64,000 bases of DNA from the IMG/VR virus record IMGVR_UViG_3300025168_000050; one strand, given 5' to 3'. The first letter of the stretch is position 1; each line of letters starts with the position of its first letter. Source of the stretch: an uncultured virus (IMG/VR IMGVR_UViG_3300025168_000050). Taxonomy: Duplodnaviria; Heunggongvirae; Uroviricota; Caudoviricetes. The position numbers and the translations under genes are program-made. This document shows positions 54,902 to 64,000 of the stretch, in pieces. The notes under the pieces are model-generated. The model worked only from the letters and a program-made list of their open reading frames with translations. It ran no database searches and was not told the DNA's origin.

Positions 54902-57388
54902 ATGGGAGATAATAACGGAGCATATGTATTAGCAGATTTACCTAGACAAAAATTGTCTCGTAGTGCTAAAGGCAAAAAGTGGGGACAGACCTGCATAGAT
55001 GAATTAGAAAAAATCACATATAGTGAGATGGAATACAATGGTAGATCTTCTCGTTATAGAAAACAAGTTAACTATGATCTATATAATGGCAAATTAGATC
55101 AAGGAGATTTTCAATATGTTTTAAATCCTTTTGGAGTAAACGAAGCAGAATTCCCAGCTAAGATGCAACACTATGATATTATTTCTCCTAAGTTACAATT
55201 ACTTATGGGGGAAGAAATAAAAAGACCATTTAATTTTAAAGTAGTTTCACATGATCCAGATGCTATATCTAAACTTGAAGCTATGAAAAAAGAGATGCTT
55301 ATGGAATTTTTATATTCTGTAGTAGTACCTCCTAGAGAGCAAGAAGCTCAAATGCAAGAACAACAGCAATTAGCGGAAACAGACCCAGAAAAAGCTGCTC
55401 TATCAAAACCAAAAACTCCTGCTGAAATTGAAAAATATATTAATTATGATTATCAAGATATACGAGAAACAGTAGCACAACGTATCTTAGAATATCTTGT
55501 ACGAGAAGACAACTTAGAAGTTAAGTTTAATCAAGGATTTAAAGATGCACTTATAGCGGGAGAAGAAATTTATTGGGTAGGAGATATTTCAGGGAATCCT
55601 ACAGTAAGAGTATGTAACCCATTAGATATACGAGTAATATTAGATCCAGATTCTCCATACATTGAGGAATCTCAAGCAGTTATTGAAGAAAGATGGTTAA
55701 CTATGTCTACTGTTATGGACGAGTATTATCAATCTTTAACACCTAAAGACTTAGATAGATTAGAAAGCGGAACAAATAGAGGTACAGATCAAGGTGGGGT
55801 TAACTACCCTTATAGTGAATTTAATATTGTTAATGTAGATAGAGTATTAGACACAGTAGGAAATGGAACTTTTGATCCTGCAGCTATTAGATCTTATAGA
55901 CGAGATGGTATGATAAGAGTAATACAAGTAGAGTGGAAGTCTATGAGAAAGATTGGTTTAGTTACTTATACTGATGAAGCGGGAATTGAACAACAAGATA
56001 TAGTAGATGAGATTTTTGAAATACCTGAATACGCAGAAAAGAAAGGAGATGTTTATACTTTTGATGATGTAGAATTAAAATGGTATTGGGTAAATGAATA
56101 TTGGGAAGGTACTAAAATTGCAGAAGATATTTATGTTGATATTCGACCAAAGAAAAATCAGCGTAGAGATATGAATAATCCTAGTGATGTAAAGTCAGGT
56201 TATGTAGGGTATATTTATAATGAAAGAAATTCAGAATCTATTTCATTAATAGATCGTATGAAGCCGTTCCAGTACTTGTATAATATTATTTATTACCGAA
56301 CTGAATTAGCTATTGCTAAATCTAAAGGTAAAGTTGCACTGATGGATATATCTCAAATACCATCTTCTGAAGGATGGGATGTTTCTAAGTGGATGTATTA
56401 TTTAGAATCTATGGGTGTTATGTTTATTAATTCTAGGGAAGAAGGAAATAGATCTAGAGATGCTGCACCATTTAATCAATTCCAAAGTGTAGATCTTTCT
56501 ATGGGTAATTATATAAATACTCATGTACAATTATTAGAGCAAATTAAAACTGAACTCGGAGAACTTTCTGGAGTAAGTAGACAAAGACAAGGTCAAGTAA
56601 CTTCTTCTGAGTTAGTTGGAAATACTGAAAGAGCGGTTACACAATCTTCTCATATTACAGAATACTGGTTCTATAATCATAATGAATGTAAGAAAAGAGT
56701 ATTAAGCGCATTAGTAGATGTAGCTAAGATGAGTTATAGAAAAGGAAAAAAGATACAATATATTGGAGACGATATGCAAAGAACTTTTTTAAATATTGAA
56801 GCAGATGACTTTACTAATTCTAGTTATGGAGTATTTGTTTCTAACTCAGCTAAAGATGATAAAGCTTTAGAAACTTTAAAAGGATTAGCGCAATCTGCAT
56901 TACAGGCGGGAGTTGTATCATTTACTGATGTAGCTAAAATATTAAATTCTGATTCAATAGTAAAAGTGAAAAAAGAATTAGAAGCTTCACAGATTCAAGC
57001 TGAACAGAAACAACAAGAAGCTAGTCAAGCTGAACAGCAGTCTTTACAACAACAAGCTCAAGCTCAACAACAGTTTGAGATGATGAAAGAAGATAGAGAA
57101 GATCAACGTACTTCGATGGATAATCAAACAAGAATTGAGGTAGCCAGAATAAATGCTGAGGCTAAAATGATTGATGCTGATGAGAACAATGATGGTTATG
57201 TAGATCATAAAGAAGCAGAGGATGGGGCTAGACAAGCTGCTGATAATGCTAAAGCTCAAATGGAAAGAGAAAAAATGCAAGGTGAACTAGGTCTAAAGAA
57301 AGAAGAGTTACAAGAAAAGAAAAGAGCCAATAAAGCAGACGAAAGTATAAAGCGTAAAGCCGCAACTAACAAACCAACTAATGGGTAG
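54902..57388 (+). CDS. Portal protein
   Basis: Follows TerL. 'NYDLYNG', 'HYDIISPKLQLLMGEE', 'WVNEYWEGTKI', 'SLIDRMKPFQYLYN' and 'GVSRQRQG' are typical of crAss-like portals. Confidence 0.9.
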   Translation: MGDNNGAYVLADLPRQKLSRSAKGKKWGQTCIDELEKITYSEMEYNGRSSRYRKQVNYDLYNGKLDQGDFQYVLNPFGVNEAEFPAKMQHYDIISPKLQLLMGEEIKRPFNFKVVSHDPDAISKLEAMKKEMLMEFLYSVVVPPREQEAQMQEQQQLAETDPEKAALSKPKTPAEIEKYINYDYQDIRETVAQRILEYLVREDNLEVKFNQGFKDALIAGEEIYWVGDISGNPTVRVCNPLDIRVILDPDSPYIEESQAVIEERWLTMSTVMDEYYQSLTPKDLDRLESGTNRGTDQGGVNYPYSEFNIVNVDRVLDTVGNGTFDPAAIRSYRRDGMIRVIQVEWKSMRKIGLVTYTDEAGIEQQDIVDEIFEIPEYAEKKGDVYTFDDVELKWYWVNEYWEGTKIAEDIYVDIRPKKNQRRDMNNPSDVKSGYVGYIYNERNSESISLIDRMKPFQYLYNIIYYRTELAIAKSKGKVALMDISQIPSSEGWDVSKWMYYLESMGVMFINSREEGNRSRDAAPFNQFQSVDLSMGNYINTHVQLLEQIKTELGELSGVSRQRQGQVTSSELVGNTERAVTQSSHITEYWFYNHNECKKRVLSALVDVAKMSYRKGKKIQYIGDDMQRTFLNIEADDFTNSSYGVFVSNSAKDDKALETLKGLAQSALQAGVVSFTDVAKILNSDSIVKVKKELEASQIQAEQKQQEASQAEQQSLQQQAQAQQQFEMMKEDREDQRTSMDNQTRIEVARINAEAKMIDADENNDGYVDHKEAEDGARQAADNAKAQMEREKMQGELGLKKEELQEKKRANKADESIKRKAATNKPTNG

Positions 57389-59519
57389 ATTCTACAAAGA
57401 ATATTTAAGAGACATGTCTTATAAAAATGCTTCTAGTAAAGTAGAAAGGAGATATTCTATGGGAGGAGATTGGACTGGAGGTAGAGAAGATATTACTGGT
57501 ATGGGGATGGCTCATTTAACAGACGGATCTTTAATTAGTCCATATAATCCACAATATGTTCCTGGTGTACAAATGGGGGGTAGTGAAGCTCCTAATCCAA
57601 GTGGAGATTATGTCTATAGACAAAACGCTAAAAAACCTATAAGATTTTATGAATTTGGAGGAGACATAAAGCCTTTAGATGAAGATGGAAATGAAAGACA
57701 AATGCCTAAGCTTGATACAGCTAATTCTATAATCACAAATAATAAAAGGAGTGCAATGACGAGCGAGGAGGCAGCTATGTATTCTATTGATAGTGCAAAT
57801 GCAGTTTCTACTTTTGATTGGTTTAAAAGTTTAGGAACACAAACTACAGATGGTGTAATTAATGTTTTTGAAAATCTTAAAAAGAAAGTGACAGGCAGCG
57901 ACAGCGACTCTCCACCACCTAAGCAAGGAGCTACTATGACTACTGATGATGGTGTGAAAATGAAATTTTTGAATGATGCTTGGATTCCTGATAAAGGATC
58001 TGGTAATGTAGAGACATATCAATTAAATTTAAAAGGAAAAAAAGGTAAAAGCTCTGCTTCGAAAGACTACGTACCTGAAGGAACTAAAAAGAACGGTAAG
58101 TATTTACATTATACTGAAGAGGGGCCTAAATGGCTAGATGATCCATTAGGTGTTTCGTTTGAACAAGAAGCTTCTGAGGGTACAGTTAAACCATTTGCAT
58201 CTGGTTATGAATATATTAAGGGTCAGGGCTGGACTTATAAAGGCGGCGTTCCTGCAGCTCCTACTGTTAAAGAAAAGGACAAGAAAAACTGGAGAAGTAG
58301 AATACAAGATGAAGAAGATAAAAAGATTATAAAGCTCCCATCAAGATCAATAGAGCAAATCTCAACCTCTGACTTAGAAATGGAATTACAAAAAGCAGCA
58401 CCTTTTGAATTGAGAGGAAATTCTGATTATTATACAACAGAGATAAAAGGTAAGCGTGGGGGTTCTTATGTGAAAGGAGATGATGGTAAGTCTGAAATGA
58501 ATTTAAGAGATCAAGCAGGTAGATTAGTTTGGTCAGGAACTCAAGCAGAATACCAAGAAAAGTATGGAGACTTTCTTGAACAAGGAACAACTCAATCTGG
58601 TGAACGGAGAAAAGATAGATTATATCTAAAAGAATATGGTGGGGACACAGGCGAATTAGATTCATTAAAAATGAAGACCCTAGGAATAAACATGATGCCT
58701 ACAGATAACCCAACTTGGACTCCTATTGATCCAGACTCTGGAACTGTTACAGTAAATCTTCCAGAAAAATCGCCAAAGTTTTTATTAAATAAAAACGGGT
58801 GGGCAGATGTAGATGAGTATAGAAAAAAAGCTAAAGATTCTAAATTTATTAAAGGTACTCAAGATCTAGTTATTACAGATGGATTTGATATTGATAATGA
58901 TGGAGTGTGGGGGAATAAAACTTACAATGCAATAAATCAAGATTTAGTAAATAAACAATTAAATAATTATACTAAATCAAACTTTACTGAGGATCAGTTT
59001 ACAGCTCAAATATATAAAGAATCTACAGGAGATAATTCTGTTGTTTCTGGTGCAGGAGCTATGGGTATTGCACAATTTTTACCAAGTACATTTAAATGGG
59101 CAAAAGAAAAAGGATGGATACCGGAAACATCAAAGATTACTGATGTAGCTGCTCAATCTTTAGCTCAAAGAAGATACATGGATTATCTATATGAAGATAG
59201 AGACAATATAAAATCTGCTAAAACTAGCAGTGAAAGACAGGCGCGTACATTTGCTTCTTATAATATGGGTCCAGGTAATTTTGATAAGTTTTGGAAGAAG
59301 CTTTCTAAAAAAGAAAAAGCAGCGGGATGGGGTACGTGGTATAAAAAAATGAATAACGAAACTAAGATGTATGTTCTTTGGAATATGGATAGAGCGACTT
59401 ATAAAAAAGATTATTCAACTCCATATAAAAATACGCGAGGTGTAATGACTTCTAAATGGAATGATGTAAACTATGGTTTTAATAACTATAAAAACAAAAA
59501 GTTAAAATATAGATATTAA
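57381..59519 (+). CDS. Virion protein with C-terminal lytic transglycosylase (SLT) domain
   Basis: 'KESTG...SGAGAMGIAQFLPST' and 'ASYNMGPG' SLT motifs, 'DGVWGNKT' peptidoglycan-binding-like motif, and N-terminal xxGG repeats. Confidence 0.75.
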   Translation: MGRFYKEYLRDMSYKNASSKVERRYSMGGDWTGGREDITGMGMAHLTDGSLISPYNPQYVPGVQMGGSEAPNPSGDYVYRQNAKKPIRFYEFGGDIKPLDEDGNERQMPKLDTANSIITNNKRSAMTSEEAAMYSIDSANAVSTFDWFKSLGTQTTDGVINVFENLKKKVTGSDSDSPPPKQGATMTTDDGVKMKFLNDAWIPDKGSGNVETYQLNLKGKKGKSSASKDYVPEGTKKNGKYLHYTEEGPKWLDDPLGVSFEQEASEGTVKPFASGYEYIKGQGWTYKGGVPAAPTVKEKDKKNWRSRIQDEEDKKIIKLPSRSIEQISTSDLEMELQKAAPFELRGNSDYYTTEIKGKRGGSYVKGDDGKSEMNLRDQAGRLVWSGTQAEYQEKYGDFLEQGTTQSGERRKDRLYLKEYGGDTGELDSLKMKTLGINMMPTDNPTWTPIDPDSGTVTVNLPEKSPKFLLNKNGWADVDEYRKKAKDSKFIKGTQDLVITDGFDIDNDGVWGNKTYNAINQDLVNKQLNNYTKSNFTEDQFTAQIYKESTGDNSVVSGAGAMGIAQFLPSTFKWAKEKGWIPETSKITDVAAQSLAQRRYMDYLYEDRDNIKSAKTSSERQARTFASYNMGPGNFDKFWKKLSKKEKAAGWGTWYKKMNNETKMYVLWNMDRATYKKDYSTPYKNTRGVMTSKWNDVNYGFNNYKNKKLKYRY

Positions 59520-59592
59520 TAAAACGCTATAATAAACAATAAAAAATTTATTTTTTCCTTTCAAAAGGTTTTTTTATGTAATTAATTAAATA

Positions 59593-59600
59593 TATTTTTG
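59593..59600 (+). promoter_or_regulatory. TAnnTTTG -7 element upstream of capsid operon
   Basis: TATTTTTG(TA), 22 nt before ATG 59623. Confidence 0.6.
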
Positions 59601-59622
59601 TAAATTCTTAAAAAAATAAACT

Positions 59623-60816
59623 ATGTCAACAGAAACCAACGAAAATTCACTAGAGGGATTTAAAAACTTAGCAGCAGATATAATGCCTGCTGAGAGTATA
59701 GAAGTAAAAGAAGTAACAGATGTACCAGCAGATGATCTTGAAACATTAGGATCAGATACAGGTATTGTAGATTTAACTCCAGGAAATAACCTGGAAAAAG
59801 AATCAGAAGCTCCAGAGAGTATGGATGAAACTACGGAGGATAAAAAAGAAGATAAGGAAGTACTATCTGCAGATAATTTAGAGATACAATATAAAAATGA
59901 AATCCCTGAAGGAGAATCTACAGAAGAAGAGTTAGCAGAAGGAGAAGAGGAAGAAATATCTCAAATTGGAGTTGTTGCTAATTTCTTAAAAGAAGAAGGT
60001 ATTGTTGATTTTGATTCTGAGGAATTTGAGGACACTGAAGAAGGGTTCGCAAAAGTTATCCAGAGTGAAATATCAAAAGGAGTAGAAAAATATAAAGAAG
60101 ATTTAGAACCTTTAGCTAAAGAGTTTTTAACTTATATAGAAAAAGGCGGAGATCCTTCTAAGTTTGTAAAAGCTACAAGCGATGTAGACTTCAGCAAAAT
60201 AGATGTTAAAATGATTGACGGAAAAGAAAATCTACAAAAGCAACTAGTAGCTGAACTAATGCGTAAGGAAGGATATAGTAATGATGAAATAATGGAAGAT
60301 GTAAAAGATTTTACAGATGGAGGACTCATTGCTAAAAAAGCTAAACGAGCTTTAACTAAATTAAAAGACTTACAATTAAAAGATCGTGCTTCATTATTAG
60401 CAGATCAAGAAAAAGCAGAAGAGACAAAAAAAGAAGAGTATCAAACTTTTTTGTCTAGTTTAAAAGAAGATATTGAATCTAGAGAAGAGATCGCTGGGTT
60501 TTCTATTAATACAAAATCAAAAAAGGATTTCTATAATTATATAACTAAAGTTGACCGTAAAACAGGAAAGACTAGATTAGTATCAGATTCTGAGGCTGAT
60601 CAAGATTCTCAATTAAAGATGGCTTGGTTATATTATAATAAGTTCGATTTTAAACATGTTGAAAAAAAGGCTAGAACAAAAGCCACTTCATCATTAAGAG
60701 CTAGTTTAGAACGTGCGAGTGGAGTATCTACTCGTAAGCTTAAAAGTAAAACACGTACTAAAGTAACTAATAGTGATGTTGATTTCAGTTTGTTTGCAAA
60801 CGCACTTAAAAAGTAA
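59623..60816 (+). CDS. Acidic scaffold-like protein preceding MCP
   Basis: Very acidic N-terminal half, helical C-terminal half, position directly before the MCP. Confidence 0.65.
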   Translation: MSTETNENSLEGFKNLAADIMPAESIEVKEVTDVPADDLETLGSDTGIVDLTPGNNLEKESEAPESMDETTEDKKEDKEVLSADNLEIQYKNEIPEGESTEEELAEGEEEEISQIGVVANFLKEEGIVDFDSEEFEDTEEGFAKVIQSEISKGVEKYKEDLEPLAKEFLTYIEKGGDPSKFVKATSDVDFSKIDVKMIDGKENLQKQLVAELMRKEGYSNDEIMEDVKDFTDGGLIAKKAKRALTKLKDLQLKDRASLLADQEKAEETKKEEYQTFLSSLKEDIESREEIAGFSINTKSKKDFYNYITKVDRKTGKTRLVSDSEADQDSQLKMAWLYYNKFDFKHVEKKARTKATSSLRASLERASGVSTRKLKSKTRTKVTNSDVDFSLFANALKK

Positions 60817-60847
60817 AATAATTTAATAACTAAAAAAGAAAAAGTGA

Positions 60848-62296
60848 ATGGCTATAAACGGATTGCAACTTTACAAAACAAAATGGCATTCGGGATTGAC
60901 CCAACAAAATCACCTTTCGTCAGCATATTTAACTGAGCCTGAAGTAATGAGTACATTAGTTACTCGTATCTTCGGAATGCAAGGATCTAACCCTATCCAA
61001 TATTTAACAAGTGGAATGGGAAGATCTAATGAAATCGGTAACAGAGAATATGATTGGCACTTACAAGGAGATGATGAGAAGGCAATTCCAGTGACTGGAA
61101 ATTTAGGCGATGGTGGAGTAACACCAGGTTTAAATAGAACAACTTTCCGAGTTAAGTTCGGAGAAAAATGGTTCGCTAACCAAGAAGTGTTAGTGGCAGA
61201 TGATAGATCTTACAGAGTGAGAGTAATGGAAGATCCATATTTTGATGGATCAGACTGGATTTACACGTTAAAATTAACGACTCCAGATCCAACTAAATTC
61301 ATGGATCCACTATTGATTAATGCTGGTTCTGAGTTCTCGAAAGAGTACACTACAGTACCTGAATTCTCAACTGGTGGTAACACTACATTTAGTGCTCCAT
61401 TTAAAATGAGAAATCATTTATCGACTTTAAGAAAGTCTTATACAGTAACAAGATCAGCAGCAACTGATGCTCTTGTTATACAACTAGCTGATCCAGCTAA
61501 CCCAGGTAAAAAAACTACAGTATGGACAAGATATGCTGAATGGGAAGCAATGGCTCAGTGGTACAGAGAGATTGAAAGATCATACTGGTACTCAACATTC
61601 TCTGCTAACGCTAATGGTGTTACAGATATGTTAGGTAACAACGGTCTTCCAGTTTATGAAGGTGCTGGAATTAGAGAGCAAATCGCTCCAGCAAACAGAC
61701 GTTACTATTCTGATTTATCAGAAAATATTATCAGAGATTTCTTAATTGATCTTTCTTATAATGTAATGCCTGAGTCTTCTAGAGAGTTTGTTGCATTTAC
61801 AGGTGAGTATGGATTCGCAGAATTCGACAGAGCTATGAAAACTGCAGCTTCAAATTGGACTCTAGTAGATTCAACATTCATTACTGGTAGCGGGCAAAAC
61901 TTGTCTTTAGGTGGACAATTCAAAACTTACCTAGGATTAAATGGTACTAAGATTACTCTTAAGCATTTACCATTATATGATAACACAGTAATCAACAGAC
62001 AATTACATGCTGATTCTGGAAGACCTATTGAGTCTTACAGGTTCACATTCCTTGACTTTGGTATGGCAGGTGGAGAATCAAACATCCAAGCTGTTCATAA
62101 AAAAGACTCTAAGGATATGATGTGGCATACTGCTGGTTCTGTAGATCCATTTGGAAATACAGCTAAATCTGTTAACACTATGCGTTCTGACAACCTTGAT
62201 GGTTATTCAGTACACATGTTAACTGAGTGTGGAATTATGATTAAAAATCCTATGGCATGTGGTGAGTTGATTTGTACTAAAGTAGCACAAAACTAG
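60848..62296 (+). CDS. Major capsid protein
   Basis: 482 aa with optimised codon usage. 'GLTQQNHL', 'MRNHLSTLRKS', 'GAGIREQI' and 'FTGEYGFAEF' are typical of crAss-like MCPs, in the expected gene order. Confidence 0.9.
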   Translation: MAINGLQLYKTKWHSGLTQQNHLSSAYLTEPEVMSTLVTRIFGMQGSNPIQYLTSGMGRSNEIGNREYDWHLQGDDEKAIPVTGNLGDGGVTPGLNRTTFRVKFGEKWFANQEVLVADDRSYRVRVMEDPYFDGSDWIYTLKLTTPDPTKFMDPLLINAGSEFSKEYTTVPEFSTGGNTTFSAPFKMRNHLSTLRKSYTVTRSAATDALVIQLADPANPGKKTTVWTRYAEWEAMAQWYREIERSYWYSTFSANANGVTDMLGNNGLPVYEGAGIREQIAPANRRYYSDLSENIIRDFLIDLSYNVMPESSREFVAFTGEYGFAEFDRAMKTAASNWTLVDSTFITGSGQNLSLGGQFKTYLGLNGTKITLKHLPLYDNTVINRQLHADSGRPIESYRFTFLDFGMAGGESNIQAVHKKDSKDMMWHTAGSVDPFGNTAKSVNTMRSDNLDGYSVHMLTECGIMIKNPMACGELICTKVAQN

Positions 62297-62318
62297 ATTA
62301 ATAAATTAAACATTAAAC

Positions 62319-63083
62319 ATGAAAGGAAAAATAATTTTAAAGGCTTTAGAAAGACAATCTTGGTCAGGATTTAGCAGATTCCCTAAATGTAAGGATACGG
62401 TAATAGCTTCCCTCGGAAGAGGGGGCTATGCTACCGGTCTTACTGAAGCGGATGAGAAAAAACTTGAAGCAGAATTGCAAATGAAGCCAGGTACTCTTGG
62501 TAAATATTCCGAGTACTGGAGAGACTATACAGTAATTCTTAATGATAAGGATAAACCCTTAGTATTAGATAGACCACGAGATTTTATAGATTATAAAATT
62601 TTAATGGCTAGTAACCGTGTAGCTAATTCAGTAAATGAATTATCTTCTTGGCCTAAAGCAGAATATGTAATATATGATGCTGAAGAAGACGCTAAAAAAG
62701 ATAATTTAAAAATTAAAGAAAAGCGTAAAGCATATAAAGAATTTAATAGCATGACCTCAACTGAAATGAGAAATGTATTAAAATTAATGGGTAAGAAAGC
62801 AGCTAATGCTTCAGATACATTAATTGAAAATACACTTGCAGATATTTTAGATAAGGACCCAGCAATATTTAATGAAACTATGGCTATGCCAGACTTTAAA
62901 ACAAGAGTATTAATAGAAGATTTGGTAGCTATAAATGCATTACGTATTAGAGGCGGACATTATATGTTCGGCGATAGTGCTATAGGTCACGACCTAGAAG
63001 CAACGTGTATATATTTAAAAGAACCAAAAAACCAGGACATTGTATTATCACTTAAGTCAAAACTTAAAGCTAGTAAAAAATAA
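62319..63083 (+). CDS. Conserved crAss-like protein downstream of MCP
   Basis: 254 aa. Synteny and 'LDRPRDFIDYKIL' block. Confidence 0.65.
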   Translation: MKGKIILKALERQSWSGFSRFPKCKDTVIASLGRGGYATGLTEADEKKLEAELQMKPGTLGKYSEYWRDYTVILNDKDKPLVLDRPRDFIDYKILMASNRVANSVNELSSWPKAEYVIYDAEEDAKKDNLKIKEKRKAYKEFNSMTSTEMRNVLKLMGKKAANASDTLIENTLADILDKDPAIFNETMAMPDFKTRVLIEDLVAINALRIRGGHYMFGDSAIGHDLEATCIYLKEPKNQDIVLSLKSKLKASKK

Positions 63084-63784
63084 TGACATTAGCGGAAATG
63101 CATATAGAATTCAAAGTGGGGTTAGATAAGACTGATAGTCTTAACTACCCCAATTTTGAACCTGAAGAAATCGACTTGTGGCTTAATAGGTCACAGGACC
63201 GTTTTGTAAAACAACGTTATTCACATGATCCGAAAAATGAAACTTTTGAGTTAACTCAGAAACGAACGGATGATTTGAGAAAAGTAGTAACAGAGGTAAC
63301 ATTAATTCCATCTGCAACGCAAACCCCAGTTAAACCTAATGGTATTCTTTTTGAATTACCAGATGGCACAACCGGTACGGACATTTATTGGTTCGCCATT
63401 AACGAAGAATGCGAAATTCGTTATGAAGACTGCAATGGCAGTTGGGTAGATGAAAGAAATGGTGTCTATGCTATTCAGCACGACGACTATAATAAACTTG
63501 TAGATGATCCTTTTAACCAGCCTACTAAGGATGTGGTTTTAAGATTGATGCATGGTCGATTTGCTGAGTTACTTACTGACGGGACTTTTACAATAAATCA
63601 GTACTTTTTGAGATATATAAGACAACCAATTAGATTAGATATATTAAATACACCAGGTGTTTCCTGCGAATTAGCCGAACACACGCATGCTGAAATATGT
63701 GCAGGCGCTGTAACAATGGCATTAGAGAATATAGCTAGTCCTAGATTTCAATCTCATATTATTTCAGAAATGACTCAAGAATAG
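63083..63784 (+). CDS. Tail ring/head-tail connector protein
   Basis: 'EMHIEFKVGLDK..S...FEPEEID.WLN..Q', 'YIRQP', 'CELAEHTHAEI'. Confidence 0.7.
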   Translation: MTLAEMHIEFKVGLDKTDSLNYPNFEPEEIDLWLNRSQDRFVKQRYSHDPKNETFELTQKRTDDLRKVVTEVTLIPSATQTPVKPNGILFELPDGTTGTDIYWFAINEECEIRYEDCNGSWVDERNGVYAIQHDDYNKLVDDPFNQPTKDVVLRLMHGRFAELLTDGTFTINQYFLRYIRQPIRLDILNTPGVSCELAEHTHAEICAGAVTMALENIASPRFQSHIISEMTQE

Positions 63785-63817
63785 TAAAATAAATAATTAA
63801 TTTTAAAATAAAAAGTA

Positions 63818-64000
63818 ATGGCAAGACATGAAAATTATAAAATCCTAATCGGAAAAGATGTAGCAAGAACTGCAGCTTTAACTGTAGCTAACATCGCTGA
63901 TGGGGAAATAGCTGTTGTAAAAAACGACATGACTATAATGAATGCAGGTGATACTATCGCGAATAGTGAATACTGCTATATTGTTCAAGGAGTATTTGAG
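63818..64000 (+). CDS. Structural protein (probable auxiliary capsid protein), 3'-truncated
   Basis: Open from ATG 63818 to the window end (MARHENYKILIGKDVARTAALTV...). Assigned by synteny. Confidence 0.55.
   Translation, partial: MARHENYKILIGKDVARTAALTVANIADGEIAVVKNDMTIMNAGDTIANSEYCYIVQGVFE

Noticed and set aside
1..64000. Stop-codon reassignment (TAG or TGA), known in some Crassvirales
   Set aside because: Long genes are intact under code 11. TAG ends MCP, SSB and the ring gene, TGA ends others at natural boundaries, and no suppressor tRNA was seen.

Overview
This window is part of a crAss-like (Crassvirales) podophage genome, AT-rich and using the standard genetic code. The host is probably a Bacteroidota bacterium, possibly an aquatic flavobacterium (inferred from TAnnTTTG promoters, no Shine-Dalgarno sites and a GCTD-NY-DDGSC motif). 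There are three blocks. (1) 1-26.3 kb (+): end of a tail stabilization gene, two large cargo/ejection proteins and a single 5594-aa virion RNA polymerase polyprotein (DFDID). (2) 26.3-46.7 kb (-): replication and early genes, namely PD-(D/E)XK nuclease, RusA-like resolvase, rIIA/rIIB, primase, SSB, AAA ATPase, DnaB, spore-photoproduct-lyase-like radical SAM, SF2 helicase, PolA, class II RNR, small early ORFs and a highly structured non-coding zone. (3) 46.8-64 kb (+): tRNA-Met, IHF/HU-like protein, lysis genes, TerL, portal, SLT muramidase, scaffold-like protein, major capsid protein and head/tail genes. The best leads are: a 22-bp motif repeated three times at the start of the early strand, which brackets an ORF-less structured RNA unit; a 14-bp direct repeat flanking an in-frame cassette inside the giant RNAP; a recurrent aromatic/Met-x-x-GG motif in two virion proteins; an unannotated CDGSH Fe-S microprotein; and a truncated tRNA-like element in the RNR leader. 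All family calls come from motif recognition by eye; no database searches were run.
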